Origin: Candidatus Nomurabacteria bacterium
Lineage (GTDB): Bacteria; Patescibacteriota; Minisyncoccia; Phycocordibacterales; UBA9973
Direction of reading: 5' to 3'
DNA: 46,278 bases
Assembly (NCBI GenBank): GCA_023267195.1
Contig: JAHFNT010000005.1
Location: 80,875-127,152 of the forward strand
Each line of letters begins with the position of its first letter. Within the stretch, counting starts at the first letter, position 1. Below, one piece after another: positions 36,684 through 46,278 of this stretch. The notes beneath the pieces are model-generated. The model was not told the origin of the DNA, ran no database searches, and worked only from the letters and a program-made list of their open reading frames with translations. The translations under genes and the position numbers were made by a program.

Positions 36684-37589
36684 ATGGCTGGCACTAAAGA
36701 AATTAAAAGAAGAATAAAGAGTGTGAAAAACACCAAGAAAATCACCAAGGCGATGGAACTCGTGGCGGCTTCAAAGATGAAGCGCGCGGTTTCTTCTACT
36801 TTAGCTTCGCGTTTATACGCCGGATATTCTTGGGAACTTCTTGTTTCAGTGGCCAAAAATGGTGACAAGATAGACCATCCGCTTTTTCTAGAACGCACCA
36901 AGGAAGAAACCAAAGGCAAGGCTTTGCTACTTTTAATTACTTCTAATCGTGGACTTTGCGGGGCCTATAATGCGCAAATTATCAAAAAAACCCTTGCTCT
37001 AATTAAGGGTTTTAAGGTAGATGTAATTTCAATAGGAAAAAAGGGAGATGTCGCAATGCGTCGTGTGAACCAAAATGTCTTAGCTAGTTTTTTTGAAATT
37101 CCAGACAATATTTCTATTTCTGATGTCACTCCCATAGCCAATCTTTTAATAAACGAATACAGTTTGGGAAATTATGATAAGGTTTTTGTTGCTTACACTG
37201 ATTTTGTTTCTGCTCTCACCCAAAAGCCAAATATTAGACAAGTTCTTCCAGTTTCTAAGACAGAATTGAAGGAACTGATAGAAAATTTGGGAGAAAATGA
37301 ACAAAATATAAATAAAGTATCTGGGGAGTTAACAGATTATTTGTTTGAGGGAGATAAGCAAAAATTAATAGGTGAATTGGCAGAAAAAATTACCAAAATG
37401 CAGATATATCAAATGCTTCTTGAATCTAATGCCTCAGAGCAATCTTCTAGGATGATGGCGATGAAGAATGCGAGCGAAGCTTCTGGAGAAATGATTGATG
37501 ATCTCACGTTGATGTTTAACAAAGCGCGACAGGCAAATATTACCAGGGAGATATCAGAAATTAGCGCAGGCATGGTGAGTGTCAACTAA
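36684..37589 (+). CDS. atpG: ATP synthase subunit gamma
   Basis: KITKAMELVAASK, RGLCGAYN, KARQANITREISEI. Confidence 0.97.
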   Translation: MAGTKEIKRRIKSVKNTKKITKAMELVAASKMKRAVSSTLASRLYAGYSWELLVSVAKNGDKIDHPLFLERTKEETKGKALLLLITSNRGLCGAYNAQIIKKTLALIKGFKVDVISIGKKGDVAMRRVNQNVLASFFEIPDNISISDVTPIANLLINEYSLGNYDKVFVAYTDFVSALTQKPNIRQVLPVSKTELKELIENLGENEQNINKVSGELTDYLFEGDKQKLIGELAEKITKMQIYQMLLESNASEQSSRMMAMKNASEASGEMIDDLTLMFNKARQANITREISEISAGMVSVN

Positions 37590-37623
37590 GAATTACAAAT
37601 TAAGAATTAAAAATTAATTATAA

Positions 37624-39009
<1,386 letters not shown>

Positions 39010-39084
39010 AATACCTGTCCCGTACTAAATTTTTGATTACGGGGCATAAAGATTAATATTATTATTTAAAATTTTAGTACTGGG

Positions 39085-39528
39085 ATGGCTAAACAACTCA
39101 AACTTAAAATTGTCACTCCAGAACGTCTTGTTTTGGAAGAAATGGTAGACCAGGTAAGTCTGCCTACGACTCTAGGAGAAATTACTGTATTGCCAGAGCA
39201 TATTCCTCTCATAACAAGTCTTACGGCTGGAGATGTTGTTGCGTTCATCAATGGCGAGCACGCGCCTATGGCGGTTGTGGGTGGTTTCGTAGAAGTGAAA
39301 AATGTAAATAATATTACTGAAGTTGCAGTATTGGCAGATTTTGCGGAGCATGTATCAGAACTATCTGACGAAAAAATAGAACAGGCTAAAGCTCGCGCGG
39401 AAGAATTGAAACAATTGATGCAAAATAAAGAGCATGTAGATTTTGAACATTTTGAAGCTGAGCTGGAGCGCTCACTCACTCGGGTAAAAATTGCAGATAA
39501 ATGGAGGACGAGAAAATATAGAAAATAA
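39085..39528 (+). CDS. atpC: ATP synthase subunit epsilon
   Basis: LKIVTPER, GEITVLPEH, GGFVEV. Confidence 0.95.
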   Translation: MAKQLKLKIVTPERLVLEEMVDQVSLPTTLGEITVLPEHIPLITSLTAGDVVAFINGEHAPMAVVGGFVEVKNVNNITEVAVLADFAEHVSELSDEKIEQAKARAEELKQLMQNKEHVDFEHFEAELERSLTRVKIADKWRTRKYRK

Positions 39529-39563
39529 AAAACGTCCAGTTTAGAAAGAGCAAGAAAAAATCA

Positions 39564-40328
39564 ATGAAAAATCCTGATAATTTAAAACCACGTACACCCT
39601 TTAAGGAAGATTTAAAACAAGCTTCTGTTTCTCTAAAGGCAACTAATGATCCTGAAAAATTTTATCATCTAGATTCTGCACCGGGAAAGATTTTTAGACC
39701 AATGGGAAGAGTGTATCCTGAAACCACTCAAGAGCACGTAAGGGAGATCAAGGAAGTGTTTAAGGGATTGAGTACTCATGGAATAAATATACCCCAAGTG
39801 GATTTTGTTGTAGGTGAGCTTGGGTGGCGAAATACCCCGAAATTAATTGCTATGGTAGATGAAATAAAGGGCAAAAATTTACACGACATGCTTGATTTTG
39901 CCAAGTCTGCAAAAGAAAAAGAATTTGTTAAAAATCTTGTACAGGATTTATTTCTAAAGCTTATAGAATACATTTTTTCAGTCGAAAAAAATAAAAGCAG
40001 TTTTGTTCGTGATCTCTATAAACCAGCAGATTACATGTACGGAAAAGCCAGAGGAGATGATAAAGATAAACTTTACTTAATTGATTTAGACCCCTATTTC
40101 CATATTTTTTCTGAAAACGATAAAAATGATGACTTCAAAGAACGCGATAGATCAAATGATTTATTAACCCGAATTCAATTTTTTTCTAAAGTCATTCTAT
40201 ATTGGGAAGAAAGACTTGGTTTGAGATTTGATAAAATAAGAAAATTTATAAAAGAAATGCTAAATACTGAACCAAAAAATATGCCTGCCCAAGCCTTTGC
40301 GTTCGAATTTAAAATTAGAGCAAAATAA
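39564..40328 (+). CDS. Hypothetical protein with protein-kinase-like motifs
   Basis: GINIPQV, MVDEIKGKNL, RDLYKPADYM, LYLIDLD. Confidence 0.6.
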   Translation: MKNPDNLKPRTPFKEDLKQASVSLKATNDPEKFYHLDSAPGKIFRPMGRVYPETTQEHVREIKEVFKGLSTHGINIPQVDFVVGELGWRNTPKLIAMVDEIKGKNLHDMLDFAKSAKEKEFVKNLVQDLFLKLIEYIFSVEKNKSSFVRDLYKPADYMYGKARGDDKDKLYLIDLDPYFHIFSENDKNDDFKERDRSNDLLTRIQFFSKVILYWEERLGLRFDKIRKFIKEMLNTEPKNMPAQAFAFEFKIRAK

Positions 40329-40329
40329 T

Positions 40330-41007
40330 ATGTCAAAATTTTACATCGTTGCTACACCGATCGGGAATATGGGAGACATCACACTCCGAGCTATTGAGAC
40401 GCTTAAGAGTGTTGATTTAGTTTTGTGCGAAGATACTCGGGAGACGAAAAAAATTTTAGATAAATATAATATTAACAAGCCGACCATGAGCTATCATGCT
40501 CAAAGCAAGCTTGCCAAAACAGACAAGATTTTTGAATTATTGGTGGAAGGAAAAGATCTAGCTTTGGTCTCAGATGCTGGTACTCCGGGGATTTCTGATC
40601 CGGGCGCTCTGCTTGTTTCAAAAATAAAAGAGAAATTTAAAGACGAAGAAGTAAAAGTAGTTCCAATTCCTGGGGCCACAGCTTTGATCACAGCGCTTTC
40701 TGGTTCAGGATTACCAACTCATGAATTTACTTTTCTTGGTTTTTTACCGCACAAAAAAGGACGAGAGACTTTATTCAAAGAGATTGCCTTAGCGAAAAGA
40801 ACGATGGTTTTTTATGAATCACCGCACCGAATTTTAAAAACACTCGAATCACTGGTAAAATTTTGCCCCAATAAAAAAGTCTGTGTTGCACGAGAACTGA
40901 CGAAAATTTATGAAGAATTTAAAACCGGAACCCCTGTAGAAATTCTTGAATATTTTAATAAAAACAAAGATATACAAAGAGGAGAGTTTACAGTAATTGT
41001 GGCTTAA
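40330..41007 (+). CDS. rsmI: 16S rRNA Cm1402 methyltransferase RsmI
   Basis: YIVATPIGN, CEDTR, SDAGTPGISDPG, YESPHR, ARELTK. Confidence 0.96.
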   Translation: MSKFYIVATPIGNMGDITLRAIETLKSVDLVLCEDTRETKKILDKYNINKPTMSYHAQSKLAKTDKIFELLVEGKDLALVSDAGTPGISDPGALLVSKIKEKFKDEEVKVVPIPGATALITALSGSGLPTHEFTFLGFLPHKKGRETLFKEIALAKRTMVFYESPHRILKTLESLVKFCPNKKVCVARELTKIYEEFKTGTPVEILEYFNKNKDIQRGEFTVIVA

Positions 41008-41010
41008 AAT

Positions 41011-42975
41011 TTACAACAAATCTTCCGGGTCTACGAATATTTCGAAAGAAAGAGGCAGGGAAGTAAGTTTAGCTAGGAGATCTTCATCAATAGAGCCATT
41101 TAGAGAAAGCGCTGGTAGGGACCACTTCTTGGTGTCCATTTTTATGAGGGTGTTGGTCAGATACTTGCCCTTTAATCGTTCCACAAAACCGCTAAAGATC
41201 TCGGGAGAATATTCTTTGAAAATTTCCTCGAGCATCTTTCTAGATTTTACTGTTTGTTCTTTGTCGCCCAGGTAGGTGATTTTTATAAAACGCTTAAAAG
41301 GCGGGTAACTCATTTTTTTTCTATCCTCCAACTCTTCGCGGATGAAAGACAAAAGATTGCCGGATTTAATTGCCAGAAGCGCGCTGTTATTTTCATTTTT
41401 TGTTTGGATGATTAGAGACCCGCTGGTATTTTGGAGCAGGGAAAGTATAAGTTGGATAATTTTTTCATTCATTCTAAAATTTGGAATATTCCACAATGAA
41501 TCAAAAGAAGCAATGATAGACAATGGTACCTTATTTTTTAGATAGAAAAATGACATTTCTGTGCCTATCAAAATTGCCCCTGCATTTCCCTCAAATTCTT
41601 TTATAATTTTTTTTGCGCCCTGACTTGTTCTCGCGGACTCTTTATCTAATTTAAAAATTTTAATTTCAGGAAAAAGTCTCTCCGCTTCTTCATATACTGT
41701 GTCAGTGCCGATTCCGAGCGGCAGCAGATTCCAGCTTTGGCAAGATCTGCATACAATATCTCCATCCAAATCCACCTGGCATCTATTGCAGACAAACATT
41801 CTTTTTTTACCTTGATGTGATGTGTAAAGTACCAACGGTGCCCCGCATTTTTCACAGCTTAGCGTATCACCGCAATTTTTGCATATTGTCATTGTTGCTA
41901 GCCCTTTTCTCAAAGAGAAAATAAATACGTTTTTTTTATTTCCAAGTGCCAGTTTTATTTCTTCTATGCTTTGATCAGATAATATTTGGAATTTGCATTC
42001 CGCCCCTTTCTCACCATTATTCTGTTCCTTAGATTTTTTTTCTCCGAATTTTATAATTTGCTCAGAATCTATTCTGAAAGATAATGGGTGGAGAGAATTC
42101 AAATTGTCGCTATCTTTTCTACTAATTGTCTCGAAACGCAATAGTTCATCCGCCAAGATGAATTTCGCATTTATTTTTGAAGCATAAATTTCAGCGAAAA
42201 TTCTAAGGTCAAAATATGGTCTCTGAAACATATTGTATGCGTTCGAGCTTTCGTGCTCTAAAATTATTACACCAATATCTCTTTTTGGTACAGATAAAAA
42301 TGGCGGGGTTCCAATGATGAGTATTGGATGAGAGGATTCTAGGATTTTTTCACATGTAGAAATATTTTTTTTCGGGTTTAATCCACTATGTAGGGTGAAA
42401 GTGAATTGTTCTATGCCTTTTTTGAGCTGATCCCCAAATTTTTCAATATCAAATTCGGTTGGTAAAACCAGGAAGACTGATTTATTCCTAGCAAAAGATT
42501 CTCGGACAAGGGTTTTGTATATCGATATGCGATCTTCGAGCGGGTATTGAAGAAGCAGTTTTTCCGCCCTTATGTTTAGTTTGTTTTCTAAAATTACTTT
42601 CTCCTTATTTAAGGCGTTAGTTATTTTTGCTAGCCTATCATATTTTTCTATAAAAATACTTGGAATCAAGGATAAAGTAGAGCTATTTTTGTTTTGCGCA
42701 AAATATTTACCAGTATCAAAAACGCTATCTAAAAATTCTGGACTAAACACAGAAGGTCCTTTGTTCTTAGTCACTTTCCGTAAATTAAAATTCATCCCTT
42801 TGATATCACTTTTTGCTTCTTTCAATTCTTCCACCGAAGTCACGAGGGCGAGTGTTTCTTTGATTCGGATGGGGACAGAAACAATATCTCCAACCTTAAT
42901 TTCAAGATTAGAAAAATAGGTCAAATCGCCTTTAAAAACAGTTTTTTTAAGTGGAATTACAGATATAATTTTCAT
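41011..42975 (-). CDS. priA: Primosomal protein N' (PriA) with degenerate helicase motifs
   Basis: N-terminal 3' DNA-binding domain, four CxxC motifs, GIGT and YPPF; Walker A, DEEH and motif VI not recognisable. Confidence 0.85.
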   Translation of the reverse strand: MKIISVIPLKKTVFKGDLTYFSNLEIKVGDIVSVPIRIKETLALVTSVEELKEAKSDIKGMNFNLRKVTKNKGPSVFSPEFLDSVFDTGKYFAQNKNSSTLSLIPSIFIEKYDRLAKITNALNKEKVILENKLNIRAEKLLLQYPLEDRISIYKTLVRESFARNKSVFLVLPTEFDIEKFGDQLKKGIEQFTFTLHSGLNPKKNISTCEKILESSHPILIIGTPPFLSVPKRDIGVIILEHESSNAYNMFQRPYFDLRIFAEIYASKINAKFILADELLRFETISRKDSDNLNSLHPLSFRIDSEQIIKFGEKKSKEQNNGEKGAECKFQILSDQSIEEIKLALGNKKNVFIFSLRKGLATMTICKNCGDTLSCEKCGAPLVLYTSHQGKKRMFVCNRCQVDLDGDIVCRSCQSWNLLPLGIGTDTVYEEAERLFPEIKIFKLDKESARTSQGAKKIIKEFEGNAGAILIGTEMSFFYLKNKVPLSIIASFDSLWNIPNFRMNEKIIQLILSLLQNTSGSLIIQTKNENNSALLAIKSGNLLSFIREELEDRKKMSYPPFKRFIKITYLGDKEQTVKSRKMLEEIFKEYSPEIFSGFVERLKGKYLTNTLIKMDTKKWSLPALSLNGSIDEDLLAKLTSLPLSFEIFVDPEDLL

Positions 42976-43022
42976 ATTTTTACTTATTTCATTCTAGCAT
43001 AAAGATGTGTTATATTAGCTTC

Positions 43023-44036
43023 ATGGGATTTTTTTCAAGAAAATTAGGAATAGATTTAGGTACGGCCAATACTTTGGTATTTATGCCTGGCAAAGGCATT
43101 GTTTTGAACGAGCCTTCAGTCGTGGCGGTTTCTGAACAGGATAATAAAATTTTAGCTATTGGTTTTGAAGCGAAGGATATGATTGGTAAAACCCCAGACA
43201 ATATTATCACTTATTGTCCCATGAAAGATGGAGTGATTGCGGATTATCGCGTGACGGAAGCGATGCTTCATTATTTTATTAATAAAGCCATGGGGAAGTT
43301 CAGCTTTTTTAAACCAGATGTGATGGTTTCTGTGCCGGCAGGGGTCACTTCTACAGAAAGACGAGCAGTGGTAGAAGCGGCAGTGCGCGCAGGAGCCAGA
43401 AACGCATATGTCGTCAAAGAACCGATCCTGGCAGCCATCGGCGCCGGTATTCCGATTTATGAATCGAAGGGTTATATGGTAGTAGATATTGGTGGGGGTA
43501 CTACAGATGTGGCGGTAATTTCTCTAGGTGGAATTGTGGCTTCAACTTCAGTGAAATGCGCTGGCAATAAAATAGATGCAGCCATAGCGGATTATATTAA
43601 AAAAACTTTTAACTTAGCAATAGGTGATAGGACAGCCGAAGAAGTAAAAATAAAAATTGGCGCGGCAGTTCCACTAGAAGAAGAATTGCGTGTAACTATC
43701 AAGGGGCGAGATTTTATTCAGGGGTTGCCCCGGAGCGCTCAAGTTGGAACTAATGAAATAGTAAAAGCCATAGATGGAGAATTAAGGCAAATCATAAAAG
43801 CTATCAAAGACGTATTACAAGAAACTCCCCCAGAACTCGCTTCTGATATCATAGACCACGGAATAATTATGACCGGTGGTTCTTCTCAGTTGCGCAATTT
43901 TACTGATTTAGTTTACCGAAAAACCGGAGTGAAGGCGGCGCTGGCGGAAGATCCTCTTTTTTGCGTAGTGAAAGGTACGGGCATTGCTCTTGAGCATTTG
44001 GATGTTTACAAGAAAACTGTTTTAGCAAAAAAATAA
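43023..44036 (+). CDS. mreB: Rod shape-determining protein MreB
   Basis: GIDLGTANT, NEPSVVA, VDIGGGTT, TPPEL, TGG. Confidence 0.96.
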   Translation: MGFFSRKLGIDLGTANTLVFMPGKGIVLNEPSVVAVSEQDNKILAIGFEAKDMIGKTPDNIITYCPMKDGVIADYRVTEAMLHYFINKAMGKFSFFKPDVMVSVPAGVTSTERRAVVEAAVRAGARNAYVVKEPILAAIGAGIPIYESKGYMVVDIGGGTTDVAVISLGGIVASTSVKCAGNKIDAAIADYIKKTFNLAIGDRTAEEVKIKIGAAVPLEEELRVTIKGRDFIQGLPRSAQVGTNEIVKAIDGELRQIIKAIKDVLQETPPELASDIIDHGIIMTGGSSQLRNFTDLVYRKTGVKAALAEDPLFCVVKGTGIALEHLDVYKKTVLAKK

Positions 44037-44047
44037 CCAAAGAAAAC

Positions 44048-44764
44048 ATGAGCATACTGAAGCATTTAGATAAAAACAATTTGCATCATGCTTATCTAAT
44101 AGAAGGTAAACGCGAACAAGTTGTCTCTGAACTAGTGGAATTTTTGAAGGAGTCCGGCATAAATACTGTCGGCAGTTCAGATTTTATAAATATAAATGTT
44201 GATTGTTTTAAAATAGACGATGCTAGAAATTTAAAATCTTACGGAGCCCAGAAAAGTTTTTCCACGGAGAAAAAGATATTCATTATCTCAATTAACAGTT
44301 TTCTGCTTGAAGCGCAGAATAGCCTGCTAAAAATGTTTGAAGAACCCATAGAAAATACACATTTCTTTTTGATACTTCCAGACGCGAGCTCTCTTTTGAA
44401 GACTTTTATTTCTAGATTTTATTTTATTTCAACCAAGCAAGATCAGTCAGACGAGAGAGCTCAAGCTCTAAAATTTATTGCTATGCCTATTAAAAATAGA
44501 ATAGATTTTATAAAAGAATTATTGGCAGAATCTGAAGAAGAAGATTCTGAAGGAAATGAAATTGTTGCTCTAGATTCTACCAGAGCAAAGGCATTAAAAT
44601 TTTTAAATGCGCTTGAATTGACTTTACATAATAAAATTTCAAAAGGCATTTCTGATTTTAGTTATTTTGATCATATATTTAAAGTTCGAGAATTTCTGCG
44701 CATGCCTGGTTCATCTGCGAAAAGTTTAATGGAGTCTGTAGCTTTAATAGTGCCTAGTTTTTAA
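44048..44764 (+). CDS. holB: DNA polymerase III delta'-like clamp-loader subunit
   Basis: HHAYLIEG, EAQNSLLKMFEEP, LLKTFISR. Confidence 0.75.
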   Translation: MSILKHLDKNNLHHAYLIEGKREQVVSELVEFLKESGINTVGSSDFININVDCFKIDDARNLKSYGAQKSFSTEKKIFIISINSFLLEAQNSLLKMFEEPIENTHFFLILPDASSLLKTFISRFYFISTKQDQSDERAQALKFIAMPIKNRIDFIKELLAESEEEDSEGNEIVALDSTRAKALKFLNALELTLHNKISKGISDFSYFDHIFKVREFLRMPGSSAKSLMESVALIVPSF

Positions 44765-44793
44765 TTTTTTTTACAAAATGATATACTAAGTGC

Positions 44794-45345
44794 ATGCAAT
44801 ATAACTTTTCAAATTTCAAAGCAGAGCTTAAAAAAGTAGAAGAATTTTTAGGCAAGGAATATAACCAGTTAAATATCGGTCGAGCTTCGCCAATGGTACT
44901 CGATGGTGTCTCAGTGGAATCCTATGGCTCGTTTGTTCCGTTGAAAAATGTGGCTTCAGTGTCTATTGAAGATCCGAAAACTTTGCGTATTGCTCCTTGG
45001 GATAAAACACAAATAAAGGGAATTGAAAAAGCGATTGCGGGGGCAAATTTGGGGCTATCTGTGGCAACCGACGATCAAGGTATTAGAGTTGTTTTTCCTC
45101 AACTCACTACAGAGACACGGCAGACTTTAGTGAAAGTTTTAAGAGAAAAATTAGAGGAAAGCAGAATTACCGTCCGTCGGGAACGCGAAACAGTACTCAA
45201 TGATATTGAGGGAAAAAAGAAGGAAGGTAAGCTGACAGAAGATGAAATGTTCCGCGCCAAAGAAGAATTACAAAAAATTATTAATGAGACTAATTCAAAC
45301 CTAGAAGCGACTTTTGAAAAGAAAGAAAAGGAAGTAATGGGTTAA
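44794..45345 (+). CDS. frr: Ribosome recycling factor
   Basis: IGRASP, PWDK, PQLTTETR, KKEKEVM. Confidence 0.96.
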   Translation: MQYNFSNFKAELKKVEEFLGKEYNQLNIGRASPMVLDGVSVESYGSFVPLKNVASVSIEDPKTLRIAPWDKTQIKGIEKAIAGANLGLSVATDDQGIRVVFPQLTTETRQTLVKVLREKLEESRITVRRERETVLNDIEGKKKEGKLTEDEMFRAKEELQKIINETNSNLEATFEKKEKEVMG

Positions 45346-45351
45346 CACACA

Positions 45352-46278
45352 ATGAGCATCGTTATTTTTATCGTTATTTTATTAGTTTTGGTTTTAGTCC
45401 ACGAAGCTGGGCATTTTTTTGCTGCGAAAAAGTTCGGGATCAGAGTGGATGAATTTGGCTTTGGTTTTCCGCCCAAATTATTTGGTTTTAAAAAAGGGGA
45501 GACAGAATATACTTTCAACTTGCTTCCGCTCGGCGGCTTTGTCAAAATTTTCGGTGAGAATTTTGAAGAAGCGGATTTTGTAGAGGTTGGATTTTTGGAT
45601 AAAGATAAAGATTCTAAAAAAAATGATTTTTCTAGAAGTTTTGTGGCCAAACCAAAATGGCAGCAGGCCATAGTGCTTTTTGCTGGAGTTTTTATGAATT
45701 TTGTTTTGGCGTGGGTTTTATTTTCAATTGGGTTTATGTCTGGATTGCCGACCTCTGTTGGCAATGAACCAGCTGGCTATAAATTGCAAGATGTAAATTT
45801 AGTGGTGCTTTCTGTCTTAGAAAATTCACCTGCAGCTAGTGCTGGGCTCAAAACAGGCGATAAGGTAGTCTCTGTGACTCATGGTCATCCCAAGGAAGTA
45901 GTTCATACAATTACAGACATAAATCCAGAAACCCTGAAAGCTTTTGTTTTAGAGCACGGGGATGAAGAAATAGAGATTGGATATATTAGAGGAAAAAGCA
46001 ATGAAATAAATATTGCTAAAATAACCCCCAAGGAAACTAATGGCGATCCCGCTATAGGAATTTCTATGGATATGATCGGAACAGCTAAATTGTCGTTTTT
46101 TAAGGCTATTTCGGAAGGATTTAAGTTAACCCTGTTTATGACCAAAAACACAGCCATAGGGCTTTATACGCTTATTTCAGAGGGTATAACGGGCAAAGGT
46201 GACCTTTCCGAGGTTACTGGACCTGTAGGAATAGCGAATATAGTTGGAGATGCTTATAAATTTGGCTTCACTTATCTT
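45352..46278 (+). CDS. rseP: RIP metalloprotease RseP (M50 plus PDZ), runs off window
   Basis: Manual translation from ATG 45352 gives VHEAGHF, GFGFPP, LPLGGFV, SPAASAGLKTGD, TGPVGI. Confidence 0.93.
   Translation, partial: MSIVIFIVILLVLVLVHEAGHFFAAKKFGIRVDEFGFGFPPKLFGFKKGETEYTFNLLPLGGFVKIFGENFEEADFVEVGFLDKDKDSKKNDFSRSFVAKPKWQQAIVLFAGVFMNFVLAWVLFSIGFMSGLPTSVGNEPAGYKLQDVNLVVLSVLENSPAASAGLKTGDKVVSVTHGHPKEVVHTITDINPETLKAFVLEHGDEEIEIGYIRGKSNEINIAKITPKETNGDPAIGISMDMIGTAKLSFFKAISEGFKLTLFMTKNTAIGLYTLISEGITGKGDLSEVTGPVGIANIVGDAYKFGFTYL

Overview
AT-rich bacterial chromosomal segment using genetic code 11. Gene content and style (fragmented dcw cluster, shortened housekeeping proteins, few Shine-Dalgarno sites) suggest a Patescibacteria/CPR, Parcubacteria-like genome; this is an inference. 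It is mostly housekeeping: tsaD (partial), gdhA, GlmU-like transferase, trxB-like reductase, rpsU-ybeY-ftsA-ftsZ, greA-lysS, mraZ-rsmH-ftsL-ftsI-murF, msrB-msrA, rmuC, obgE-gatB-aldolase, rplY, rpmE-prfA, a full F1Fo ATP synthase operon, rsmI, priA, mreB, holB-like, frr, rseP (partial) and five tRNAs. No CRISPR array, transposase or integrase is visible. The unusual signals are mostly non-coding or small-scale: (1) about 100-bp structured elements behind two divergent tRNAs that share a covarying hairpin and end in a copy of the tRNA 3' end; (2) GC-rich, SD-led, hairpin-terminated orphan mini-cassettes among apparently leaderless housekeeping genes; (3) 19-24-bp palindromic repeats sitting in-frame inside gatB, atpA and atpD, one apparently nested; (4) degenerate tandem copies of a tRNA-Val 5' end; (5) a helicase-dead-looking PriA, an atypical kinase-like orphan and a LysRS lacking the motif-3 Arg. 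All calls come from reading the sequence by eye; no database searches were run.
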